From: Geosiphon pyriformis uo1
Lineage: Eukaryota > Fungi > Glomeromycota
Reading direction: 5' to 3'
NCBI GenBank assembly: GCA_016748015.1
Contig: JAAOMT010000187.1
Coordinates: forward strand, 130,087-194,086
DNA length: 64,000 nucleotides
Shown piece by piece: positions 13,096 through 24,900 of this stretch. Positions within the stretch are counted from its first letter, which is position 1. The number at the start of each line of letters is the position of its first letter. Under the pieces are notes generated by a model. That model was not told the DNA's origin, ran no database searches, and saw only the letters and a list, made by a program, of their open reading frames with translations. The translations under genes and the position numbers were made by a program.

Positions 13096-14871
13096 TTGAA
13101 TAAAATTTTAATGTTGGCATCAAGTCTAATGAGTCTAAAAAAAAAAAGAGGTGGTGCTTTGGAGGATAATATAAGTAATAAGAAAATTGTTACTGCTAAA
13201 GTGTCAAGTGGTCGTTTATGGGGTTCTAAAACAGGCAATACTACTGAATCAGATAGTGTGGACATGGAGGAAGAGTTCTTAGTTGAGGAGACCAGTTTTG
13301 ATCATGATAAAAGTGGTATTATTGCTGGTAGAGACTTAGAACAAACTCCTAAGAGCTCGAAAATTCAAACTAAGAAAGCGCTTGGCAAACTGCTGGGGAA
13401 GATTGATTTTTTGGGTGGTAATGATGATGATGACATTCTCTTGGACAAACCTGTAGTTCTCCTCCCCCCTTTGAAAAATTTGATCAATGTTTCTGTTAGA
13501 AAAATTTTTACTCTGGACATTAGTTTGGACAATGTTGTTGGGAAATCCACTCAGGAAAATCTTGTGGTGGTCAGGAAACTATTTTCAAAAATCAATGGTT
13601 TTGGGGAGGTCTCTACCCCCTCAAAATTTGCTGGGATTGTCAGAGTGACGTTTATTTCTGAAGTGAGTTTGATAAAAGTTACCAAGTTGGCCACTGATAC
13701 AAAGATTCTAGTAAATACCAATTTTAAGAAATCATTTGGGTGTTCAGATCAGGCTGTGATGGTGAAAGAAATTCCTGTTGGGATATTGGTTAAGACTGTG
13801 CACACTGCATTTTTCAAATTTGGGATAATTAAATCAGTCAAGATACAACTAGTGGGCCTATGACAGAAAGCATTTATCAAATTTAAAGATCAAAATCAGG
13901 CTGATCTTTTGGCTTCCAGATGGTTTATCCTTATTGGAAAAGATGCTGTTCATGTGGCCAGAGCCAATCTTGATAAACAAACATGAGACTCTAGGAATCT
14001 GCATAAGATACTGCTTTATACTCTTCTTATGAGAACCAATGCTCATGATATTTGGAATTATATTGGCTCTGTAAGTGGGAAGACTTGTGTGATTGATCAT
14101 CATCCAATCACATATGCTCGAGCCAGGTGTGTTATTGTTTGTTTTGGGTCAGCTGAGTCATTGGATGCTGTCATGGGTACTACTCTTATGTTAAGAGGTG
14201 CTTATCTTCATTGGTCTTATCTTGATTCTGTTGCATGTACAAAGTGTAATAAGGTGGGTTACACTTTTCTGAGTTGTGCTTTTGGTAAGAAGATTTCTTC
14301 TGGTAGCTTGTCATGTTGGGTTCTTACAAATGCAGATAAAAACAGACTGGCAGCTATTTACGCCAAATGTTCAGTGCCAGTCTCTCACTCTGTCTTTTTT
14401 GGTGGTGTTTCATGGGCCAAAATTGTTGTTGGGTCTTCCTTTTTCTCTTTCTCTGTTTGAAATGTTTTGTTGAATAATGGCTTTTCTTCGGAGATGAAGC
14501 CTATCCCACATGTGTCTCTGGTGTTGAATAATAGGTTTGCCACTCTTGAGCACAGTTTTGCCAGCCTCGCAGAGCACATGGATGAGCTGGTTAAGAGATT
14601 GGACACACCTGGACCAATGGTTTTCCAGCTTAGCCCTGGATGTCAGCCATTGATGATCCTTTCATTACAGAATTAAGGGGCGGATATAGTGATGAGTGAG
14701 GGTTCGGGTGTGGTCACTGGTGGTAAGACTGTTGTAGGAGTGGTGGTTTTTGATCCTGCAGTTATATTAAAAATGGAGAAAACATTGAACAATTTTTCAA
14801 TCACAGTTATAAGTCTTTTGGCTAAAATGAACAATGCTGGTTCAGTTTCTGCTGTTCATTTTTCTCAATGA
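13096..14871 (+). pseudogene. LINE copy 2 ORF1
   Basis: In-frame fragments with RRM-like segments and CTKCNKVGYTFLSC; several stops. Confidence 0.85.
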
Positions 14872-17800
14872 TGGATTTGGTTTGGAAAATTGTTATGTGC
14901 AATGTTTGAGATATCAATGTTTCTGCTAAGCAGGAAGACATTGTTTGTTGGCATAGGAAATCAGGAAATTTGGTCTCGATTGTTACAGAAACAAAATTAA
15001 GGTCTAGCTATAGGCTGTGGATTAAGGATAGATTTGATGGTGTTTGGGTTTTTACTTCTGGTTTAAACACGAGTTTTCTTGGTGCTGGGGTGGCCATAAT
15101 CATGAACATCTCTCTGGCTCATCATGTGTGTAAAATTTCTGAGGTGCTTAGTTGGCTCTTTTCTATCAAGTTGCTTTTCAAAAATAAGCTGTTAGTGTTA
15201 ATTTTGGGGCTTTATACTGGTGCTTCTCTGGCTGTTTGTTTCACTTAAACAGGTAAAGTTAACTCTTTGATTGCAAAGGCTGTAAATGAGTCCTCTTTTG
15301 TTATCTTGGATGGTAATTTCAATGAAGATGAATTTCACAAATACACTAATTTCAAGAAATGCTCTGATTTTGGTCTGATCAACTCTTTGGGTAAGAGCTT
15401 ATTCATGAAGGTACTGACATGGAGCAATTCTCAAGGTGTCTCAAAAACAATTAATTACATGTTTGTTTCTTCAAGTTTGGCCAATGCAGTTGTGCATCAT
15501 GCTGTTTTGAATGTTAGTGAACATTTTGACACTGATTATCAAGCTGTTTTTGTGTTCATGGGCTTGAGTGGCTTGTTGGATGTGTGATTGAATTTTCTTC
15601 ACAAGCAAGTGAATAAAGATTGTTGGAAGTTTAATTTTAAGGGTGCTGATGATACAATATAGACCAGATTTAAAGATGCTTCAGCAGCTAATGCCACCAT
15701 GTTCTTTGATGATTTTATTGTTTTTGAGCAATTCTCAGATTTGGATGTGATATAGGATACTGTTCACAAGTTTGTTACATTGTCAGCTAATGAAATATTC
15801 AAAAAGAAATGGTTTAAAGACTTTGGTCACATCTTTATCAAAGAATCTTCGAAGTTTTATAGATTAGAACTTTTGGTTTCAAAGATTGTTAGGGCTTTTC
15901 ATAGAGCTGTTGTTGATGGTTTTGTTTCTCTTATAAAGTATTGGTGTTCTCTGGACAGTACTAAGACTTTGGTTATTTAGGATTTAGTGGACTCTGGTGC
16001 AACTTTTGATCATGTTTGTTCAGCTTTCTGTATCATCAGAAAATCTTATAGTGTGCTAAAATGTGTGAAATCTCTGAAAGCCAAGAAAGCGAACATTAGG
16101 TCTGTTATAGATAAAAAAATGGAGAGCTTTAAAACAAATAAGGGTCATACTATCAGAAGTGTATTGAAGTGTCCATTTTACAAGGTGGTGTTTGACCATC
16201 TAGTTGTCAATGATGAGCTGGTTCTAGAGTTTAGTTTGGTTAAGTCTAAGATGAATGCAATTATGAAGAGTTGGACTCAGAAATGTCAAATTGTCTCTGA
16301 TGTTTTTAGTGAGTGGCATTGTCAATATCAGCCTTTGGAATATGTTTTTGATAGAGCTTTTTCTGGTGTAATGTGTTCAATTGGATTTTATGAATTTTTT
16401 GGGGTGGTGTCTAATCTACCTGATGGCAAAGCTGCCAGTCTCTTGGATATCTCAAATGAACTTTGGAAGCATTGTGATAAATCTGTTCTGGACATGCTCT
16501 TGGTACTTTTGAATTCATGTTTGGTTGGTAGATCTGTGCCCAGTTCTTGGAAAGAGGCTTGGGTCTTGATGATTTCTAAGTGGGAAAACATTCTGACAAA
16601 TACTTGTCCTATTGCTTTGATTGAGATGGCTCACAAGATTCTTTTCAAGATTCTCTCTGATAGAATCTCCTCAGCTTGTAGTACTTTTGATGTTCTTTGT
16701 GGGAATAATTTTTTGGTTTTGAAGGGCACAACAATTCAGTCTCTTATTTTTGTGATCAGGTCAGTTATTGAAGATGCTTTGGAGAAAGACTGGAAGCTCT
16801 GACTAGTTCTGCAGGACATGTAGAAGGCATATAATTCAATAGGCTGGGAACATCTTGAGAAAAGTTTAGTCAGGATTAAGATGTGTGACAGATTCATTTG
16901 ATTTTTTGGTAGTATTCATAGAAATTGTATCAACCAAGTTATGATGGACTTTGGTTTAACGAATGGTTATCATATACATGATGGACTAGATCAAGAAGAG
17001 GTTTTTTCCTTCCTTTTGTAACACATATTTTATGATCCTCTGTTGTGTGAAGTCAAACATCAGGAGAGTGTGTGTGGATACAGAATCAATTCTCACTTTA
17101 TTTCCAAAAGTGGTTGTACTGAATCTCAGGCTGGATTTTCTTTTTTTTTGCTGCTGGTGCCTTTATTAACAATATGATTTGGGTTGGCAACAGTCAGAAT
17201 ACTACCCAACACATTCTTGATGTTGTTAGTAAATTTTTCCAGATTAATAACATTTCAATCAATAATAACAAAACTGTAGCCATTCCCATTAATAATAAAG
17301 TCAGCCACCCATCTCTTTTTATTAGTGGTTTGCTCATTTCTGTGGCCCGTAAAGAAAAATCTCATCAGTATCTTGGTATTTTTCTGTCGACTGAGGGTCT
17401 TTCTAAGCCTAGTTTGACTAAAGCACATTTGGACATTTGTTTCTTCACTAATTTGGTCTTGAAAAAAGCTGTTTCAGATAAGCAGTTTTTCATTTTATAA
17501 TTGGTTATAAAATACAGTTTAGCTTTGTTTCTATTAGTGTTTGCAACAAGTGGGATGCTTTAATTTGCAAGGGCTTAAAGCTGAAATCTGGTCTTCTGCT
17601 TGATTTTTCTGGTAATACTATTTACTATCCTTCTTTTTATGATTTAAAGTCTTTTTTACAATGTCAGTCTGAGAGTAAGATTGCTTCACTTATCAGTTTC
17701 ACAAACTCTGGTAGAATTCTGGGTCATTTGTTTAGTCACAGGTTTCATAACTTGCAAGTTCTATGTTGGTGCTCCCTCCATCCATTGAGTTTTCCTGCTT

Positions 17801-19504
17801 GTATTTATGTCAGTGCTTCTAATAATTTTTTGTTAGGTATGGTTTGCATTCTTCATGACTGCAATTTGTCTTTGGGTGGCTCTTTGACCAGCTCTTTTTG
17901 ATTTCGTGATGGGGTGCCTATATCTACTGTTCTGGGCAAGTCTTTGTTTTTCAAGTTTTTGCTTTCTCTCTGGCATTATGACATAGCCTTTATGAACCAG
18001 TTTCATGATCATCATGGTAATGTCTTTAACTGGTGCATCTTTAAGCAATGGAAGAAACTAGATCTTTGTGGGCCAGTTCTTGATTAGTTCAAGCTCTCTG
18101 TAGTATTTCTCATTGGTCTGCCCTTTTCTTTTCCAGCTTTGGGTAGTGTTGACTCTCTGAACATTTGCGGGTCCAGTGATTTTTTGTCTGTTTGCAATCA
18201 TCTTTCTCAGGTTGGCTCTGATAGTTTGTCTGTTTATACAGATAGTTCTTTCAAGAATTTGGACACAATTGGTTGTTGGGCTGGTGCTGCTGTCTTTTTT
18301 GAGGACATTAATTTGGGTTTGAGTATTAGTGTTCATGGTTTGGTATTATCTACTTTGGCAGAGTTACAGACTATTATCTTGGCCCTGGAGTGTATACCCA
18401 GGTCTTGCTCTGTTTGCTTGTTTTTAGATAGTCAAGCTGCTTTGGATGCTTGTAAATTGAAGCTAAATTTGATGCATTCTGATTTTTGCAATTGGTGTTG
18501 GGTCAAGCATCAGCATATTAACAATATTATTTGCAGTAAGAACTTAAAGGTCACTTGGTGCAAGGTCAAGAGCCACTTTAGCATTTTGGGAAATGACTGT
18601 GCTGACAGTCTTGCTGACACTTCTTTTTTCTCTGGGTGGTTTCTTTCTTCTTACATTGGTGAACATTTTTTGGTGGCCAATGGTGGTACAGTCTCTGGTA
18701 ATTCTAGGCACTTTGTTCAGGATGTGTTTCGTGCTGTTTATCATGTACATTGGAAGGTTGGTTCTGGTTCTGGTTTTTTGGTGGGTGGTTTGCTTTTAGA
18801 TGTTAATTGGCTCAGCTTTTCTCAGGTATGACATCTTAATTTGCATATGGCCATGGGTTTTACCAGCAGGTGCATTGCTAATACTTGTACCTACTTTGCA
18901 CCATCAACTTCCTATAGCTGTTCGAAAATGTCTCTATAATAAGTGCTATTTCAGTGTTCTATGCTTGTATTGTGGGGAGGTGGAAATGTCTGATTATGTG
19001 TTTTCTTGCACAATCAATATTTCTGCTTATCACAAGATTTTGGAGTTCTGTGCATCCTCTTGAAAGGAACTTTCTGGTCATTCTCTTCCTCTCTTGAGTG
19101 TTTTGCAGCTGTTGTCATCTTGTGCTTTGGATTTTTTGGTGTTCTCAGCTATTTTTAAGGATTTTGTTTTCAATGGGTGGTTTTCAGAGACTGTTTCTGT
19201 CTTCCATGATTCCAAAGTAGCTAGAATTAAAGTTGCTGAGTTTGTGCACTCTCTTTGTCTCACTTTCAGAGATAATATTTGGGTGGTTTATGCTAAGCAT
19301 TGCGTTTTTATGGAGAAACATAGGCTGATCCCAATAAATGGTTTAGCTCCCATCTCAGTTTCTGTCTTAGCTTTAAAGTTTTCAGCTGGTGTGATTAAAT
19401 TGCTTGGGATTTCTGAAGCTTTTGGTGTCTATTTTGGCTTTCACAAATCTTGTTTGTTTTTTTTAAGTATTAGTACCTTGGTTTCGGTTGATATATCTGC
19501 ATAG
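14868..19504 (+). pseudogene. LINE copy 2 ORF2 (APE-RT-RNase H-CCHC)
   Basis: VTETKL, GNFN; RT LQDM*KAYNSIGW and GLDQEEVFS; RNase H VYTDSS, AELQTI, LDSQ, KVKSHFSILGNDCAD; CLYCGEVEMSDYVFSC. Confidence 0.92.
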
Positions 19505-19679
19505 TGTTGTCCTGACTGGTTCAAGTGGCTGGTCATGTGTAGTAAACACATGATTCATGCTTAGTTTAAATCATTTCTTTGATGTATAGTTCTAAATGGT
19601 GTTTGGACTTTGCTTATTAAGTGTTAATAAAAAAAAAAATTTTTTTAATTATAATAGTTTAATTTTCAATATTATTTCT

Positions 19680-20921
19680 TATTTTTTTTATTTAAAAATT
19701 TTTGTAGTTAAAATAATTTCTAAAAATTAGACTGTTTTGAATACATATCATTTAGAATTGATTCTAATTTTGTCAGATTTTTATAATTGTTGTTAAATTA
19801 AATAAAAACATATTATGAATATTATTAAAGAAAAAAATTTTAAGATTAGTTAATATTAAGTCAAAAATTATTCTGGTATTTTAGACAATAAAAAGACTAA
19901 TATTCTGATTAATATTGTTTTATTTTTAAATATAATACTTTTAACTTATATGTAAAAATAATTTATTAAGACTAATAATAAAATTATTTTTAAGAATACA
20001 AAATATTTTGTTTATAGAACTTTTCAAACAATTTATCATGTTTATTAAAAAGTCTGATTTAATATTAAAATTTTAGATAGTAATTTGCTTAAAAATATAA
20101 ACTAAATTTGATTATTATTGGTTTGGCACTTTAATTTTTATATGATAACTAAATTCATTAACAAAATTAAAGCTGAAATATGCTTTTATTTTATAAAAAC
20201 ATTATATTATAAATTGCCAATAACTGTTTAAAAATATCTATATGAGAAATATTATTATAGTGTTTTATATTTATATTGTGAAAAAATTGAATTTTTAGAC
20301 CACATTTTTTTTGCAAAATAAATATTAAGGCTTGCAAAAAGCTGTTAAATACCCATATAACTATCTAAAAAATATTATCTGGTCTGCACAAATTATTATT
20401 GTGTATATTTTAATTACTCTTTTTGTATTTTTTTAATATTACTGTATATTTTGCTTTATATAAAAAATTTGTTTTTAAAAACTGATTTTAAAAGTTTTTT
20501 TTGGTTTTTAAAAATACTAAAATTGCTAGTTGTAAGATTGTAAACTTTGTATATAGTTTTAAACTGGTTTATAAGAATAATATTTGGTTTGTTTATTTAA
20601 AATATTGAGTTTTTATGAAAAAAAATAATTTAATTTTATATAATAAAATTATACTAATGGTTATTATCAGTCTATTATCTGTATTATTTAATAGTATAAT
20701 TAAGCTATTTGGGATTACTAAGACTTTTAGAGTTAATTTTAATATATGCAAATTGTGTTTGTTTTTTTTTAAATATTAAAGATATAGTTTCTGTATATAT
20801 AAAAACATAATATTGTTTTAATTGGTATAAATAACTGGTTATATATAATAAACATATAATTTATATTTAGTTTAGATTACTTAATTTAATATATTATAAA
20901 TAGTATTTAAATTATACTCAT
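19680..20921 (+). mobile_element. Very old LINE relic (RNase H region to 3' UTR), cut at its 3' tip by the Gypsy LTR
   Basis: 19845-19900 is a transition-saturated WHKVKGHSGILGNERAD segment; 20810-20921 aligns to the LINE 3' UTR up to ...ACTCAT (ACTCGT in copy 3). Confidence 0.8.
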
Positions 20922-21899
20922 TGTTACCAGACGAAATTAAAGATATTATTTAGCATGAAATTATCTTATAATTCCTATCATTAATTAGCATATATTATCA
21001 TTTCAAATGATTACTTATTACATTAGCAAAAATATCCGAAATTATCATTTAATTAATAACCCAAATTGTACACAACACAAATGTAACCTAATTGTGATGA
21101 TCAATTATGCAATACCCCGAACTATGTAATATTCAGAAGTTCGCCGAAATTTGTAGAAATTCGCTGAAATAATTGATAGTTCACCGAAATATCTAATAGT
21201 TTGCCAAAATAACTTGTAGTTTGCCGAAATGTATCTTTAATTCAGCAAAATTGTAGAAAATAGCAAAGTTCAAGTTCATAGAATAGTGTTACAACAAGTT
21301 GTATAAAAGAAGAGCTTCTCTTTTTGAGAAAATATATCTTACTTTAGATTTATCACTTAGAACCATTTCTACACACAAAAGAAATAAATATCAAATAATT
21401 CGAAAAACCAAATTCTTTAAATTATTACACTTGGAGAATCCCCAAAACCCAACTAACATTTTGAAATTGATTAGCTACCAATTTCAATAAACTGTTAGTG
21501 ACTCCAGGCCTGGATAGAAAACGTTTCTCTTGACAAAAATTCTATTTCTTTTACATTTCTTTTATTTTCTTTTATTTTCTTAATCATAATCATTAGGGTA
21601 ACCTACAGACGAGATTCCTGTAGAAGAGTTGACTTTCACAGCAAAGTAACTACACATTTTTAGTAAGCTTCCAGACGAGCAATTCCTGGGAAAGAGTTGA
21701 CGTTTACTACAACGTAACTACATAAAGTAACTGGCAAGGAATTGGCCATTCCACTTATAAGCCCAGCAGTTCAAATTATAGGAGATAATTTGAAAATAAA
21801 TTCAGTTATTGGACATTCAACTACATCCAGAAAACGTGAATTTACAACAGACAGACATTAACAACATTTAAGAAAAGAGACCAAAAACCTCCAATAACA
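20922..21899 (+). repeat. A1 5' LTR (978 bp)
   Basis: TGTTACCAG...CCAATAACA; TATA-like TATAAAA at 21302; AATAAA at 21486; direct repeat of 30171-31106. Confidence 0.96.
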
Positions 21900-21901
21900 T
21901 T

Positions 21902-21917
21902 TGGTGCTCTCCCACGG
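21902..21917 (+). promoter_or_regulatory. Primer binding site TGGTGCTCTCCCACGG (tRNA not assigned)
   Basis: Starts 2 nt after the LTR with TGG; complementary to a tRNA-like 3' end CCGUG-GGAGAGC-A-CCA. Confidence 0.85.
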
Positions 21918-21941
21918 AAATAACACAGCAACAAATTCAAA

Positions 21942-24900
21942 GTGGCGACTGCCTTAGACATCACAACTTTAGAGTACTATCAATCGATTTACACACACTG
22001 CAAACAACGATTTGAAATACACAACGGAATTATAGCTTTCAAGAAAACACTTTTTCAATACATCGAAAATCGAATCAATGACTACCTCTTTGGGAACTAT
22101 AACATTACAACAGTTAAAAAAGATCTTCTTAAGAACATACTACACTATTCCAACACTGAATCAGAAAACATTAGTGCTGAAGCTTGCACTACTTATTTTG
22201 AGGAACTCGATTATAATATCATTCAATTCTGTGAAGAAAAATATCTTGTAAATGCACAATTTGCCTTTGAACTCGAATTTGAACCTGAAACCAGTAGCAA
22301 CAAAAGACAAAAAGATAACTGACCTGTTCATACAACACCCAATACTCCCAAAATATCATTCAAACATTTACAAACACCTGAACAAGGAACCAGCTCAAAA
22401 CTTTCACTTACTATCACACCTTTTCCAGCTTCATTTGCACAAGCCCAAACACCTAATTCACCCTTGAATCGATTTGCAAGACCAGAAGATTTTACATCAC
22501 TCAGAAGTCCCACCAGACAACAAGAACTCCTTCAAACTAGTTTCAATCTCCTTGATTTTCTAGCTAAAAACCAAAGTGAACACTCTGAGACAGCAGCAAA
22601 CGAAGAAAACAACTCTGAAATAACTAAAGAAGAATCAATAAACAGTGACAACAAAGAAAACGAAATGACAACATACATTGCAAAAATCCCTAAATTCAAT
22701 GGAGAAGATATTGAGACCAGTTCCCAAGAATGGCTCGACCAAGTTACCAAAGCAGAAGATGCAAATGGATGGAATGCTGCCAGAATGTTGAGAACAATTC
22801 CTTACTTTCTTAAAAAAACAGCAGAAGAATGGTTTGAAAACCTTGCCGCCCCATTCAATGATTGGAACGCTTTTAAAACAGCCTTCCTTGAACAGTTCAC
22901 TGACAATAATACCTCCATCACTCTTCACAATTGTTTTCGAAATATCAAACAAGAACCCTCTGAATCCATTATGACTTATATTGGAAAATTCAACAAACTT
23001 CTCAGACGGATTTGCCAACTTGAGACAAATGATTATTATTCCGATGCTCAAATCTTGGATCAATTTATTGCTGGTCTAAAAGATAAACTAATTAAAAAAA
23101 TTTGCCCACACACACCAGAAGATTTAAACTCTGCCATACAGCATGCGAAAAGATACGAAATGGCCATGGAAGAGACCAATTGTACAAAACTTGTAAATTT
23201 GGCAATTGAAGAAACCAGCTCAGCAACTGAGGAAAAAATTGACCAACTCACAAAGAAGATCAAAAACTATTTTACCAACCAACAACAACAACAACCCCAA
23301 AGATATCAACCACCCCAAAGACAAAATCAAAATAACTTTGCACCACTTTCCAATAACCAGCCCCAAAATTGCCATTATTGTGGAATCTCTGGCCACTGAA
23401 AAAGAGATTGTAGAAAGCTACAGTAAGACCAACAAAACAGGAGTAATCAACGTTACTCTTCACCACAGCAATCTTATTATCAACCATCACCACCAGCTTA
23501 CTATCCACCAAGACCCCAATACCAAAATAACTATTATCAGCCTGCCCCACAATCAATCCAACAGCAATACCAACAACCACCCACACAACATTATCAAGTA
23601 CCTACTCGAAGACTGATTACACAAAATCAATTCACACCACAAAACCAATACCAAGTAAACAACAATAGAATCAGTTTAAACAACCAATTGGTTCCCCGAA
23701 ATTCCACTCAACCAAGACCCAACCACTACCACACTCAACCCAGTTATTTAACAATGCCAGAAGAACAGAATTTTCACTATACTGCACTCTCGGAAGATAG
23801 AGCTGCAGCACAACAACAACAAAACCCTTCTCATAAACACACCACTATTCCACCAGCCCAAATTGCTGAAAATGCCAATCTCTCTGATATCTTTCCTTTT
23901 GAATTTGAAGCAAATAAATTACCATTCTTGCTTAGCAATACAGTGGCTAATGAGCAAAAAGCCATCACTGCAATATACACAGAAGCTGAAGTAGAAGGAA
24001 AGCCAATTCGCTTGATCCTAGACAGTGGATCCGCTGGAAGCATTATCATCTACCAGTTAATGCAACAGTTGAAAAGAAATGTCGACCGACCAGCTCAAAC
24101 AGTAATCGTCACTGCTAATGGCATAAAAAAGACACCAGTAGAAGAAATTGACAATTTTCCGTTCACTCTTGATGGAATCACCATTCTAGTCAAAGTTCTT
24201 GTAATGGATGCACCCCAGTACCAAGCTCTTGTCAGAAATAATTGGCTTCAAAAAGCCAATGCTAATCTGAATTGGGAAACACAAAAGTTAACAATCTCCT
24301 ACCAAGGACAACACGTCTGGGTACCTGCCATTTGTGGTACATTCAACAAATGCTTTGAAAAAGCCCCGGCTTTTGAATTTGAACCAGAAGAAGAAAAACC
24401 AATAATTGAAACATTCATGGCTCTTGGATCAACGTCCAACTGGGCTGATGAAACAAAACAAGAACATTTTACTCCACACACTAAATCCGAAACCTCTGGA
24501 TGGAATATACCTTACTCAAAACCTAAACTAAAGAAACGACGCCCCTATATTCCCCTTAAATATAGAGACTGCCACAAAAAACTATCGTCAATGAGAGCCT
24601 GCATTTCACCTGAAGAAGAATATGAGAATCATACTTGTTATTACTGTAAGGCTTGCCACAGAGAGCGATAGGGCCATCTAATAAAAAGGAGTGGAAAATG
24701 GGACAACACTCTTTGTTTGACTTGTGGAGATATGCTACCAGAAGAATGCAATTGGATTGATGTAGCAATGAGAGAAGGTGTTTGCAATCAGACCTGCCAA
24801 TATGCTTTATCAATTTCAAAAAAAGTAAAAAGAGGAACACCCTTTAATGCAGCATACAACAGTGCTCTCAACAAACTTTATTACTACCCTTATGATGCTG

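Larger units (their letters stand above)
13000..19639 (+). mobile_element. LINE copy 2, near full length, inactivated
   Basis: ORF1, ORF2 (APE, RT, RNase H, CCHC), conserved 3' UTR, AATAAA merging into poly(A) at about 19626-19639. 5' end approximate. Confidence 0.93.

Noticed and set aside
21131-21230. CRISPR-like repeat-spacer pattern
   Set aside because: A 20-nt period with very short spacers inside LTR U3; it fits an enhancer array.
21603-21775. Hammerhead, twister or pistol ribozyme in the LTR (CAGACGAG...GAAA, TAAGCCC)
   Set aside because: The core is CAGACGA rather than CUGANGA, there is no stem II closing before GAAA and no NUH in register; twister and pistol pseudoknot partners are missing. 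Kept as an unassigned structure.
22328-24840. Antisense and alternate-frame ORFs over TE and SEC31 coding regions
   Set aside because: Shadow ORFs of biased coding sequence, with no motifs of their own.
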